Shown: piece by piece, positions 48,543 to 58,254 of the stretch | Layout: each line of letters begins with the position of its first letter | Numbering within the stretch: the first letter of the stretch is position 1 | The notes under the pieces: generated by a model | Seen by the model: only the letters and a program-made list of their open reading frames with translations | Databases searched by the model: none | What the model was told of the DNA's origin: nothing | Assembly: GCA_041586155.1 (NCBI GenBank) | Contig: JBFHAT010000009.1 | Span: 20,826 to 84,825, forward strand | DNA: 64,000 nt | Source: Acidimicrobiia bacterium | GTDB taxonomy: Bacteria > Actinomycetota > Acidimicrobiia > Spongiisociales > JAENVV01 | Direction: 5' to 3' | Program-made: the position numbers and the translations under genes

Positions 48543-49184
48543 ATGAACCGACTGGCGCACCTCGACGAATCGAAACGAAGAATCGGCGGTCTTGCGTTAT
48601 TGGCCATGGGCATCGTCGCAGTGGCGTTCGGCGTCATCTGGGCGCATTTCGCGCTGTTCCCACAGACCGAGTTTGTCGACGGGGTAGAGATCCCGGTCGA
48701 GGTCGACACGTTCCTCGGAAACATTCCCCGGCACTGGCTCTCTGTCACCTTCGGCCAGATCGTCGCCACGGCCGGATCGCAGTTCATCGTCGCCGGAGCC
48801 CTCATGGCGTGGGTGATCGGCAAGACGATGACGTGGGCCAGGGCCGGCATTACAGCATTCATCGCGTGGTTCGAGCTGGTGCTCTACTTCGGCATCATTC
48901 CGTCCGAGTGGCTCAACCTGGCGCAAGGCCCCCTCGCCTGGACTTCACAGAAGCAGTTCGTGGTGATCCCCGAGTCGCTGTCGTGGATCGTCCTCAACAA
49001 CGAGGTGGCCGTGAGCATGGCCGCCCTGAAGGACGCCATCTCCGGGGGTTATCACATGGTGGCGTTGGGAGCTGCCATCCTGTTTGCCTACAAGATCCAG
49101 GACTTTGGCAAGCAAGACAAGGTGGCCACGCCCGAAGCCAAGCTGTCGCCGTACGGAAGGCCTCTCACGAAAGGCAGCCGCTGA
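48543..49184 (+). CDS. Hypothetical polytopic membrane protein, first gene of the bc-type operon
   Basis: 213 aa. Stop overlaps the ferredoxin start (TGATG). Confidence 0.5.
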   Translation: MNRLAHLDESKRRIGGLALLAMGIVAVAFGVIWAHFALFPQTEFVDGVEIPVEVDTFLGNIPRHWLSVTFGQIVATAGSQFIVAGALMAWVIGKTMTWARAGITAFIAWFELVLYFGIIPSEWLNLAQGPLAWTSQKQFVVIPESLSWIVLNNEVAVSMAALKDAISGGYHMVALGAAILFAYKIQDFGKQDKVATPEAKLSPYGRPLTKGSR

Positions 49185-49636
49185 TGGCCGGAGGACGAGA
49201 CGTCTGGTTCGAGACGCCCCCCATCCGCGACGACTATCAGCTGGCGGTGGTCGACGGCGATTACCTCAAAGCCCAGGTCAAGCCGAAGCAATTTCTCCAC
49301 ATCGACCAATCCGAGTGCATCCTCTGTGAAGGTTGCGTAGACATCTGCCCGTGGAAGTGCATCCACTACCTCTCGCTCGACGCAATCCATGAGGCCAAAG
49401 GCGTCGTCGACCCCAATTCCGACCCCGATGCCATGGGGTTCTTCCTCGTCGATGAGAACGAGTGCACCCGCTGTGCGCTGTGTATCGACCGCTGTCCGAC
49501 GGGCGTGATCACCCTCGGCAAGTTCGAAGGGTCGTTGTCGGATGAAGCGGCGCAGGCCGATCTGATCGCGCCCTGGGACATCGACACCGGCCAGCGCGAC
49601 TACAAGAACGGGTACGTCTACGGATTGCGGATGTAG
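49184..49636 (+). CDS. 2x[4Fe-4S] ferredoxin-domain protein
   Basis: [12 protein letters not shown] and [12 protein letters not shown]. About 150 aa. ATG 49184. Confidence 0.7.
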   Translation: MAGGRDVWFETPPIRDDYQLAVVDGDYLKAQVKPKQFLHIDQSECILCEGCVDICPWKCIHYLSLDAIHEAKGVVDPNSDPDAMGFFLVDENECTRCALCIDRCPTGVITLGKFEGSLSDEAAQADLIAPWDIDTGQRDYKNGYVYGLRM

Positions 49637-49650
49637 AGGCGGAGGAACAG

Positions 49651-50439
49651 TTGGCCAACGGAAACGACAACACCACATTGCTGGAGCGAGCCAAGGGGCT
49701 CGCCACCGAAACGTGGGAACGCCTTCATGGCAGCCAGGTGATGGAGTCGATTCTCCGGCCTGGCTCGCCTTTCAAGAAGGGCTACTCCGACTCACCTCGC
49801 AACCGTTCCTACGTGGTCATGAACAACGTGCTGTATCACCTCCACCCGGTGAAGGTGAAACGCCATGGCGTCCGCCTTTCCTACACACTGTGTCTGGGTG
49901 GATTGAGCTTCTTCCTTTTCATCCTCCTGACGATCACGGGCATCTTCTTGATGTTCTATTACGCCCCCACCGCCGAGGCGGCGTACGCCGATGTGCAGGA
50001 GCTCTCGACCTCGGTTGCATTCGGCTCGCTGGTCCGCAACATGCACCGATGGGGAGCTCACTTCATGGTGCTCACGGTGTTCCTCCACATGTCGCGGGTC
50101 TTCTACCACGGCGCCTACAAGCCACCACGCGAGTTCAACTGGGTCGTCGGAGTCATCTTGTTGCTGCTGACGCTGCTGCTTTCGTTCACCGGTTACCTGC
50201 TGCCGTGGGATCAGCTGGCGCTGTGGGCTGTGACCGTTGGCACCAACATGGCCGGGTTCGTGCCTGTCTTCGGCGAACAGGTCAAGTTCGTCCTGTTGGG
50301 CTCGTTGGAGGTGTCCGCCGACACCATCCTCAGGTGGTACGTTGGCCACGTGCTGTTCTTGCCGTTCATCATTGTGATCTTCATGGCCGTTCACTTTTGG
50401 AGGGTGCGCAAGGACGGCGGCATCTCGGGGCCCCTGTAG
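49651..50439 (+). CDS. Cytochrome b6-type (split cytochrome b N-terminal, 4-helix, dihaem) subunit
   Basis: His pairs in [18 protein letters not shown] and [25 protein letters not shown]. 262 aa. Confidence 0.8.
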   Translation: MANGNDNTTLLERAKGLATETWERLHGSQVMESILRPGSPFKKGYSDSPRNRSYVVMNNVLYHLHPVKVKRHGVRLSYTLCLGGLSFFLFILLTITGIFLMFYYAPTAEAAYADVQELSTSVAFGSLVRNMHRWGAHFMVLTVFLHMSRVFYHGAYKPPREFNWVVGVILLLLTLLLSFTGYLLPWDQLALWAVTVGTNMAGFVPVFGEQVKFVLLGSLEVSADTILRWYVGHVLFLPFIIVIFMAVHFWRVRKDGGISGPL

Positions 50440-50448
50440 GAGACTGAG

Positions 50449-51432
50449 ATGGCTGAGATTCCCGAACATCTACTTCGCAGATCGGCCGAAGCCAAGGCCA
50501 AAGCTCTGGGCCTGCCGGTCGAGCAGGTGCTTGCCGAGATGAAAGGCGAAGCGCCGCCCACCCCGACAACCGAGCCCTCGGTTGCGGAGGCGTCGGCTCA
50601 GGCTGCGCCGGTTGCGGAGGCGTCGGCTCAGGCTGCGGATGCGCCAGTTGCGGAAGCGTCGGCTCAGGCTGCGGATGCGCCGGTTGTCGAGCCGGTGGCC
50701 GACACGGCAGCGGAGCCCGCCGCCCCGGCGGCTGTGGAGCAAGCGGTGCCCGCACCGGTGGCTACCGCCGTCACCGAACCTGCACCCGAACTTCCCGCAG
50801 GTGATGTGGAGCCGCCTTCGGGCAACGGTGGGCCAGCCGGCAACGGAGGCCGGGTCGCCACGTCCGTATCGCCCCGTCCGGTGGCTCCCGCGGAGAGCGG
50901 GCCGGAAGGCGTCCGGACCCAGCGACTGCTGACCGTCGTCAAGGCCAAAGCGATCCAGCAGGTCAAGGCCGAGCCCACCGACAAGGTCAGCACCTGGCCT
51001 CATCTGATGATCGCCGAATTCGCCTCGCTCCTGGCGGTGACTGCGGTACTGCTCGTGCTTTCGGTGATTCTGCAGGCGCCGCTCCTCGAGGCGGCCAACT
51101 TCAACGCCACGCCCAACCCCTCCAAGGCACCCTGGTATTTCCTCGGTCTGCAGGAGCTGCTGTCGTACTTCGATCCGCAGATCGCCGGTGTCACCGTGCC
51201 GACCATCGTCGGGTTGATCGGATTCATGGCGATTCCGTACGTCGACCGAAACCCGTCCATCAAGCCCTCCGATCGCAAGTTCGCCATCTTCATGTACACC
51301 TTCTTCTTCATGGGCTCGAGCGTCTTGACGATCCTCGGTGTGCTCTTCCGGGGCCCCGGCTTCAACTTCACCTACCCGTGGGCCGACGGGATCTTCTTCG
51401 ACGACCTCAAAGACTGGGTGAACTTCGAATGA
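50449..51432 (+). CDS. Cytochrome bc subunit IV (PetD / cytochrome b C-terminal domain) homologue with N-terminal module and (VAEASAQAADAP)x3 linker
   Basis: ANFNATPNPSKAPWYFLGLQELL matches the PetD PEWY region. N-terminus MAEIPEHLLRRSAEAKAKALGLPVEQVLAEM. Confidence 0.7.
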   Translation: MAEIPEHLLRRSAEAKAKALGLPVEQVLAEMKGEAPPTPTTEPSVAEASAQAAPVAEASAQAADAPVAEASAQAADAPVVEPVADTAAEPAAPAAVEQAVPAPVATAVTEPAPELPAGDVEPPSGNGGPAGNGGRVATSVSPRPVAPAESGPEGVRTQRLLTVVKAKAIQQVKAEPTDKVSTWPHLMIAEFASLLAVTAVLLVLSVILQAPLLEAANFNATPNPSKAPWYFLGLQELLSYFDPQIAGVTVPTIVGLIGFMAIPYVDRNPSIKPSDRKFAIFMYTFFFMGSSVLTILGVLFRGPGFNFTYPWADGIFFDDLKDWVNFE

Positions 51433-52328
51433 CCACGAACCAGCTGATCTTCGTCGTGATTGCCGCAGTCCTGCTGTTCGCAGCGCTGGCTGCGTTCGGC
51501 ATTGCCTTCCGCCAGTCGAAACGAGACGATGAATGGCGTCGAAATCTCGAAGAGGACGCCCGCCGCAGTGACGCCGGCGTACCAGCAGGGGTGATTGCGG
51601 CCACGCGAGCATCCGCCGGAGCCGCCGACGCATCGGCCGAGGCATTGGCAGTGGAAGCGCCGGATGTCGAGGAGCCGGTCGAAGCGGTTCCCGCGTATCA
51701 GACCGTAGAAGCGCAGCGCGTCCTCGAGGTCAGCCCCGAAGAGGCGGGCATACTTCGGCGCCAGTTCCTCAACCGGGCGATGGCCGGCACGTTCTTCTCG
51801 GTGTTGGGGATCTTCGGCCTGGCCAGCTTTGGCTTCATGTGGCCCCGCGTGAAGGGCGGGTTCGGCGCCGACATCGACGCCGGGGATGCGGATGAGATTC
51901 GTAACGCTGTCTTCAACGCCGACGGCTCGGTGACACCGTTGTTCTGGCCGGAAGCAAAGTCGTGGATCGTGCCCATCTCCGACTCGCAAGAGGCAGGGTC
52001 GCAGTTCTCGGACAACGCGACGGTGGCGGGGGGCCTCGCGGCCCTATGGCAGAAGTGCGTTCACCTCGGTTGCCGGGTGCCGTGGTGTCAGACCTCGCAG
52101 GGTTTCGAGTGTCCGTGCCACGGCTCGAAGTACAACGTCCTCGGGGAGTACGAGGCCGGACCGGCGCCGCGCAACCTCGACCGGTTCGTGGTCGAGATCG
52201 ACGAGAGCAATAGGTTCATCGTTCGCACCAGCCAGGTGATCCCCACCGAACGTGCTCCGGCCAAGAACGCCCGGTACCCGCTGGGACCGAGCTGCATCAC
52301 GATCAGCGCGACCCAAGAGGAAGCCTGA
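51429..52328 (+). CDS. Rieske [2Fe-2S] iron-sulfur subunit
   Basis: ATG 51429 (ATGA overlap). N-terminal TM. CVHLGC ... CPCHGS boxes. Confidence 0.85.
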   Translation: MTTNQLIFVVIAAVLLFAALAAFGIAFRQSKRDDEWRRNLEEDARRSDAGVPAGVIAATRASAGAADASAEALAVEAPDVEEPVEAVPAYQTVEAQRVLEVSPEEAGILRRQFLNRAMAGTFFSVLGIFGLASFGFMWPRVKGGFGADIDAGDADEIRNAVFNADGSVTPLFWPEAKSWIVPISDSQEAGSQFSDNATVAGGLAALWQKCVHLGCRVPWCQTSQGFECPCHGSKYNVLGEYEAGPAPRNLDRFVVEIDESNRFIVRTSQVIPTERAPAKNARYPLGPSCITISATQEEA

Positions 52329-52332
52329 CCAG

Positions 52333-53754
52333 GTGAGCAGCATCGTCATCGTCATCGTGGCGTTGGGCGCCCTCGGCTGGCTCGCCGTGCTCGTTGCATC
52401 GGGACTGCGCGGCCGCAACAAGGACGAGGTTCCTCCCAACCTCGATCCGTTCAAAACGGACGCCGAGTTGGAAGGTCGGCGCCTCGACCGTGTCATGTCG
52501 GTGGCGGTGATCTTGTCAGGGTTGCTGGCGATCTCTCTGCCGGTGTATTGGCTGGGCGAGATCGGGCGCCAGGAGGGCTTCGAAGAGCAATTCCACGAGG
52601 AGTCGGTCGAGCGCGGCCACGAGCATGTCGAAGAGTTCCAATGTGGCGCATGCCATGGTGCCGCTCTCGACGGGGGCGTGGCCGGGTTCGTGGACAAGCG
52701 CAGCGGGGTGGCCGTGTCGTGGGCGGCTCCGGCGCTCAACGACATCTTCTACCGCTACGACGAGGATGAGGTTCGCTTCTGGATCGTCTACGGGCGTCCG
52801 GGGAGCCCGATGCCTCCTTGGGGCCTCGACGGTGGTGGGCCCATGAACGAACAGCAGGTCCAAGAAGTCATCGATTACCTGAAGACGGTCCAGATCCCTC
52901 AGGCCGAGGCGGTGGCGGCAGTCGACACTCGCGTCGACCTGGCGCTGAGCAGCCTCGACGGCGCCGATGCCAGCGTGGACGCCCAGATCGCATCGCAACA
53001 AGAGCTGATCGCCGAGATCGAAGCAGCTCCCGGCCAGCTGGCGGCGTTGCGCCCCCTCGCCGAAGCCGCTGCGGCCATTCTCGCCGGCGCATCCGGGGTG
53101 GACGTCGACGAGGACGGTGTCACCGACCGAGTCGAGGCCGAGCTCTCCGCAGTTTCCGAAGACGCAGCCGCCATCGTCGCCGACCTGGCCCCGATCGTGC
53201 TCGACCCTCGAAACCCGGCTACGTCACCCGACGGGACGTCTGACCTGCGGGCCGCCGAGACATACGTCGCTGCGCTCGAGTCGGAGGTGTCGGCTCTGCA
53301 GCTCACGGTCGACCGCCAAGACGACCTGCTGGCCACCGCTGAGGAGGGCCTCGAGTTTCTCCAACAGGCGGGTGAGCAACGCAAGTACGCCGTCGATTTC
53401 CAGTCGGTGGCCGATGCCACGTTCGGCGGTGACGTCGACCAGGCACGAAGGGCCGTTGGCGTGTATCAGGCCTACTGTGCCCGCTGCCACACGTCAGGGT
53501 ATTCGGAAGGCCCGGCCTTCACGCAGGAGGTCGGATCGGGAGCCCTGGGACCTGCCCTGTGGGAGGGTCGAGCCAACGTTCAATTCCTCGATGCGGAATC
53601 GATGAAGAATTTCATCGCCAACGGCTCGGAGCTGGGAGTCGGGTACGGAGTGAATGGTGTCGGGCGCGGGTACATGCCCGGATTCGGACAGGTCCTGCCC
53701 GAAGAGGACCTCGACCTGCTCATCCAGTACTTGCGAGGGGAGGTGCTTCGCTGA
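52333..53754 (+). CDS. Membrane-anchored dihaem cytochrome c (cytochrome c1-equivalent) with long Ala/Asp-rich insert
   Basis: GTG 52333. CGACHG and CARCHT. 473 aa. Confidence 0.75.
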   Translation: MSSIVIVIVALGALGWLAVLVASGLRGRNKDEVPPNLDPFKTDAELEGRRLDRVMSVAVILSGLLAISLPVYWLGEIGRQEGFEEQFHEESVERGHEHVEEFQCGACHGAALDGGVAGFVDKRSGVAVSWAAPALNDIFYRYDEDEVRFWIVYGRPGSPMPPWGLDGGGPMNEQQVQEVIDYLKTVQIPQAEAVAAVDTRVDLALSSLDGADASVDAQIASQQELIAEIEAAPGQLAALRPLAEAAAAILAGASGVDVDEDGVTDRVEAELSAVSEDAAAIVADLAPIVLDPRNPATSPDGTSDLRAAETYVAALESEVSALQLTVDRQDDLLATAEEGLEFLQQAGEQRKYAVDFQSVADATFGGDVDQARRAVGVYQAYCARCHTSGYSEGPAFTQEVGSGALGPALWEGRANVQFLDAESMKNFIANGSELGVGYGVNGVGRGYMPGFGQVLPEEDLDLLIQYLRGEVLR

Positions 53755-54116
53755 TGCGTGAGCTGATGCGAGACATCCTGTCTCAGAATCTGTTGTTCAC
53801 GGGGATCTTCCTGTTCGTGGTGTCGATGCTGACGTTCTTCGGCACCGGCTACCTCATCACCGCCACCAACCTGGGCAAACGGCTCGCGTTCCTCGTGACG
53901 GGCGCCGGGATCTTCGGCTGGGGGGTTCTGAACTCTCTGCTGTTCGTGCTCTATGCGCCTCGCGGACCGAGGCCCGAGAACTTCGAGGGGCTGAACGCCT
54001 TCGAGATTCGGATCCTCCCGCTCACGTTCATGCTGGCATCCGCCATCCTGTTCGCCATGTTCCTGGTCGCCCTCAACCGCTACGAAGCCGACCAGAACCG
54101 TCAGCTCGAGTCCTGA
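53754..54116 (+). CDS. Small 3-TM membrane protein, last gene of the bc-type operon
   Basis: ATG 53754 overlaps the cytochrome c stop. 120 aa. Confidence 0.5.
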   Translation: MRELMRDILSQNLLFTGIFLFVVSMLTFFGTGYLITATNLGKRLAFLVTGAGIFGWGVLNSLLFVLYAPRGPRPENFEGLNAFEIRILPLTFMLASAILFAMFLVALNRYEADQNRQLES

Positions 54117-54155
54117 CGATTCCCTGCATCTCGGGAGCGGCGCTATCGTGCGCTT

Positions 54156-54785
54156 GTGAAAAAGGGCACAATCCCGAAAGCGACGGTGGCCCGGCTGCCG
54201 ATGTACCTCCAGTGCCTCGAATCGCTCCCTGACTCGGCCACCACCGTCTCCTCCGAAGCGCTGGCTGAGATCGCGGCAGTGACTTCCGCCAAGGTCCGCA
54301 AAGACCTGTCCTGTCTCGGCTCGAATGGGGTGCGTGGTGTGGGCTACGACAAAGAGCAGCTCTGCGTCCTCATCCGCCGTGAGCTCGGTCTGACGCAGGA
54401 TTGGCCCGTCGTCATCGTCGGGGCGGGAAATCTGGGCACGGCGCTGGCCAACTACGGGGGATTTGCCACCTCCGGCTACCGGATCGTGGCGATCTACGAC
54501 GCCGACCCCGACAAGATCGGCACCTTCGTCGACGGCCTGGCCATCCGCCCCGTCGACACCCTCGACGCCGACATCACAGCGGAAAAAGTCGCGATCGGCA
54601 TCATCACCACCCCGGTCGGAGCCGCGCAAGAAACGGCGAGTCGCTTGGCGGCGGCAGGGGTCCGGTCCATCCTCAACTTCGCACCCGTCGTGGTTCGTGT
54701 TCCATCCTCGGTGCAGGTTCGTCACGTCGACCTTGCCACCGAGCTCCAGATCCTCAGCTACTACTCGCTGCGGTCGGCAGGCTGA
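54156..54785 (+). CDS. rex: Redox-sensing transcriptional repressor Rex
   Basis: N-terminal wHTH (PKATVARLPMYLQCL), Rossmann VVIVGAGNLGTALANY. 209 aa. Confidence 0.85.
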   Translation: MKKGTIPKATVARLPMYLQCLESLPDSATTVSSEALAEIAAVTSAKVRKDLSCLGSNGVRGVGYDKEQLCVLIRRELGLTQDWPVVIVGAGNLGTALANYGGFATSGYRIVAIYDADPDKIGTFVDGLAIRPVDTLDADITAEKVAIGIITTPVGAAQETASRLAAAGVRSILNFAPVVVRVPSSVQVRHVDLATELQILSYYSLRSAG

Positions 54786-54800
54786 GCCGAGCGGTAACGT

Positions 54801-56048
54801 GTGGCGATGAGCGACTACGACGTGGTAGTGGTCGGAGGCGGCCCGGCCGGAGCGGCTGCCGCATACTGGCTGGCCCGGGGGGGCCGGTCCGTGCTGATGG
54901 CGGAGAAGTCCCGTTACCCGCGAGAGAAGACATGCGGTGACGGACTGACCCCGCGCTCCATCTACGAGCTGAGTCAGATGGGCTTCGACTTCTCGGCGGG
55001 GGAGTTTCACCAGATCGTCGGGCTACGCTCGTATGCGGGCGAGACCCTGCATCTGGAGATGCCGTGGCCGGACCACTCCCGGTACCCGAACTGGGGTGGG
55101 GTCATCCGCCGCCTGGACTTGGATCAGGCCGTCGCCCGCCTCGCCGAGAAAGAAGGGGCGGTGATACGGCAAGGCGTCACCGCAGTACCGCACGTCGTCG
55201 ACGGCCGGCTCGCCGGGATCGAGATGACGAATGGCGAAGACTCCGATGTGATCACGTCGACAGTGGTGGTCATCGCCGATGGATCGACCAGCCGATTCGG
55301 GCGTGCCCTCGGCACCGTCCGCGACAAGGACTATCCGCTCGGCCTCGCGGCCCGCGGCTACTACTCATCGCCACGATCGACCGACGCGTTCATGGAGAGT
55401 CAACTCGACATCCGTGACGAGCGGGGCGCGTCGATGCCCGGGTACGGCTGGGTGTTTCCGCTGGGCGACGGGACCGTCAACGTGGGCGTTGGCCTGCTTT
55501 CCACCTTCCGGCATTGGAAGGAGGTCAACACCACCAAGATGATGGGCGATTACGTCCGCTCGGCGCCCCGACATTGGGACCTGTCAGAAGCGCGCAAGCT
55601 GTCGGAGCCCCGCGGCGGCAAGCTATTGATGAGCTTCTCCAAAGGACCACGCGTTGGCCCGAACTGGGTGACCGTCGGCGATGCCATGGGAGCCATCAAC
55701 CCCTGGAACGGCGAGGGCATCGCATACGGCTACGAGACCGGACGGATGGCGGCAGAGCACATCGCGGCCGCGCTCGACGCCGACGACCTCGGACTGCTCC
55801 ACCGGTACGCCGACCACCTCGACGAGGTATATGGCGACTATTACCGGATGGCGCGAGTCTTCGTGAAGGCCATCGGGTACCCATGGGTGATGCGAACCCT
55901 CGCTCATACGGGCCTGCATTCCAAGCCGCTCATGGAATGGGTGCTCAAGGTCATGGCCAACCTCCTCGAGGAGGAGGATCGGGGAGTGGGCAGGCGTGCC
56001 TATGACCTCCTCGAGGGTCTGGTTCGGGTAGCGCCGCTCCGCGTCTGA
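54801..56048 (+). CDS. Geranylgeranyl-reductase-family FAD oxidoreductase (MenJ-like menaquinone/prenyl reductase)
   Basis: YDVVVVGGGPAGAAAAYWLA FAD fold. CGDGLTPRS. 415 aa. Confidence 0.7.
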   Translation: MAMSDYDVVVVGGGPAGAAAAYWLARGGRSVLMAEKSRYPREKTCGDGLTPRSIYELSQMGFDFSAGEFHQIVGLRSYAGETLHLEMPWPDHSRYPNWGGVIRRLDLDQAVARLAEKEGAVIRQGVTAVPHVVDGRLAGIEMTNGEDSDVITSTVVVIADGSTSRFGRALGTVRDKDYPLGLAARGYYSSPRSTDAFMESQLDIRDERGASMPGYGWVFPLGDGTVNVGVGLLSTFRHWKEVNTTKMMGDYVRSAPRHWDLSEARKLSEPRGGKLLMSFSKGPRVGPNWVTVGDAMGAINPWNGEGIAYGYETGRMAAEHIAAALDADDLGLLHRYADHLDEVYGDYYRMARVFVKAIGYPWVMRTLAHTGLHSKPLMEWVLKVMANLLEEEDRGVGRRAYDLLEGLVRVAPLRV

Positions 56049-56061
56049 CGTCATCGCGCCC

Positions 56062-58089
56062 TCAAGGCCCACTCGTCTCCAGTTCCCACAGCTGATCGGC
56101 AACCAGATCGCGCGCGGTCGCGACGTACCGGCGGAACGTGCTGTACGACATGTGCGCCTGACGAGCGGCCGCCTCGTGATTGGGCGCCGGGTTGAGGAAT
56201 CCGTGATACAAAGCCGGGTAGAGCTTGGCGGTGTCCTCGGAGCTGGTCGCCTTCTCGGCCGCCTCCTTGATCAACTGCCGCAAGCTCTCCACCGGCTCCC
56301 CGCCCGCCAGTCGGCGGACGACCAGCGACGAGCGCAGCAACGGGCTGGCCCGCAGCGCAGCTTCTCTCCCATAGTTGCGCAGTGCGTCATGAACGGCGCT
56401 CCGGAACTCCTTCTCGGCGAGGACCACCAGGTCCATCGCCGGTTCTTCGACGACGAAGACCGGCTCCTCCGCAACCTCGCGAGCTGCCAGCAGGTCGAGC
56501 CACGCCACCGGCGGACGCGCTCGCCAGTCGTGCCCGAAGACGCCGTAGCCCGGCCCTTCGAACATGGTGTGGCGGGGCATGTCTGCGTAGGCGAAGAGCG
56601 CCTCCCAGAACAGGGGCTCGGCGCAGATCAGGTAGGACTGGACAAGGCGGGGGGTTGTCAGGTAGCGATGCACCATTTCGATGAATATCCGGCTCTGAAC
56701 CGGTGAGATGCCCTGATACTCGCTGCCAGACATCCAATAGCGAAACAACAGTGCACTCTCGCCGTCGCGCAGGGCAACCGAGGTCGCTTCCACTATGGGG
56801 GCGGCAACCGGGTCGAACGCCACCTCGTGCGGCGTCAGCTCATGCAGGGGCAGCTGCAGGAAGAAGCCGGCCATCGAGGCCAGCGGCGCCCGCACGATGG
56901 TGAACCAAGACGGCGCGCGCTCGAGCCACCGCTGGGCGATTGCGGCGCTCTGACCGCCTTCGTGGGCTCGCACCATGGCGAGGATTGTTTCGGCGTCGTC
57001 GGGATGGAACACATCCATGTGCGCCTCGCCTTCGCCCGAAAAGTCCATGTAAGGCCCGACGAACGGGCTGTCACGATGCAGATAGACGTAGTCCATCAGC
57101 GTTTGGACATGATCCGTCGGCACCGTCTCGAGCCGGATGCGGTAGTGGGCGCGGGCTCGGTCGTGCAACTCGACGAACCGGTTCGGGTTCCGCCACTTGA
57201 GGTCACGAGCCAGCGCCTCGCGCGCAAGGTCGTGTGGGGCGACTCCGCGGGGATGAGTCTCGATGAACGACAAATCGGCCAGCCAGCTGAACAAGCGCAC
57301 CGGGTCGTCGATGCCAAGCGCAGTCGCCAGGAGCTCTTCCGTCGTGGTGCGGACGAGTGCCGAGAGTTCGATGGCGGCGCGCCGCTCAGGATCTGCCACG
57401 CTGTCCAGGAGGGTCTCGACCAGCCGATGAACGACGGCTGGTGCTTCCACGGGGTCGAAGCGGAGATCGGGATCCTGTTGGAAGAGTTCGGCCACCAGGC
57501 TCAGCGCGAGCGGGTGCCCGTGAGTGAAGTCGAGGATTGCGGCGTGCTCGCGATCGGGGACCTGGCGCCGCCGCAGTATCTCTCTGGAACTGGCGCGGTC
57601 GAGATTGCGGACCTGCAGCGAGTGGTGGAGGCCGGCGAGGCTGGGGCTGGTGAGCCACTCCAACGTCGGCTTGCTCCGCCCAGACAGCACGACGCGTGTG
57701 CTGCCGGGCAACAACGGAGTGAACCGCTCTCTGATCCACGGATCGAGGACGGACAAGGCCTCGTACGTGTCGACCATGATCACCGTCGGACGGTCCATCA
57801 GCATGTGGTCGAATGCATCGAAGTCGTCTACTCCGGCGGATGCGCACAGAGCCCGTACCAGGCCCGGTGGGGTCGCGTCGACGTCGCGACCGTCGACGGC
57901 CACGACCGCGAATCCCCTGTCCAGGGCACTGTCGGCGAACAGACCCAGCAGCGTGGACTTCCCCACTCCCGGGGACCCGTGCACGTGCAATGCGGCAGCC
58001 GACGGCGGGTCGCACAACACACGGTCGCGAAAGAGGTTGAGCTCGGCACGGCGCCCCACGATGAACTGGCGCCTGGCTTTGGACATCAT
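56062..58089 (-). CDS. STAND/AAA-type ATPase transcriptional regulator with C-terminal HTH
   Basis: Walker A GSPGVGKSTLLG near the N-terminus. About 675 aa. C-terminal MSYSTFRRYVATARDLV helix-turn-helix. Confidence 0.55.
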   Translation of the reverse strand: MMSKARRQFIVGRRAELNLFRDRVLCDPPSAAALHVHGSPGVGKSTLLGLFADSALDRGFAVVAVDGRDVDATPPGLVRALCASAGVDDFDAFDHMLMDRPTVIMVDTYEALSVLDPWIRERFTPLLPGSTRVVLSGRSKPTLEWLTSPSLAGLHHSLQVRNLDRASSREILRRRQVPDREHAAILDFTHGHPLALSLVAELFQQDPDLRFDPVEAPAVVHRLVETLLDSVADPERRAAIELSALVRTTTEELLATALGIDDPVRLFSWLADLSFIETHPRGVAPHDLAREALARDLKWRNPNRFVELHDRARAHYRIRLETVPTDHVQTLMDYVYLHRDSPFVGPYMDFSGEGEAHMDVFHPDDAETILAMVRAHEGGQSAAIAQRWLERAPSWFTIVRAPLASMAGFFLQLPLHELTPHEVAFDPVAAPIVEATSVALRDGESALLFRYWMSGSEYQGISPVQSRIFIEMVHRYLTTPRLVQSYLICAEPLFWEALFAYADMPRHTMFEGPGYGVFGHDWRARPPVAWLDLLAAREVAEEPVFVVEEPAMDLVVLAEKEFRSAVHDALRNYGREAALRASPLLRSSLVVRRLAGGEPVESLRQLIKEAAEKATSSEDTAKLYPALYHGFLNPAPNHEAAARQAHMSYSTFRRYVATARDLVADQLWELETSGP

Positions 58090-58254
58090 CTCGCCGAGAC
58101 GATCAGCCGTTGCCGCCTCCTAGCCGGCCCGCCCGATTCTATGGGACCGGTGACCGGTGCGGAGGATGAACAGTCGCTGAGCTTGAACGTGAGCAATCCG
58201 AGCGGATAGAAGTACCGGCTGGAGCCGAATGGCGGCTCGGAATGGAAGGGATCC

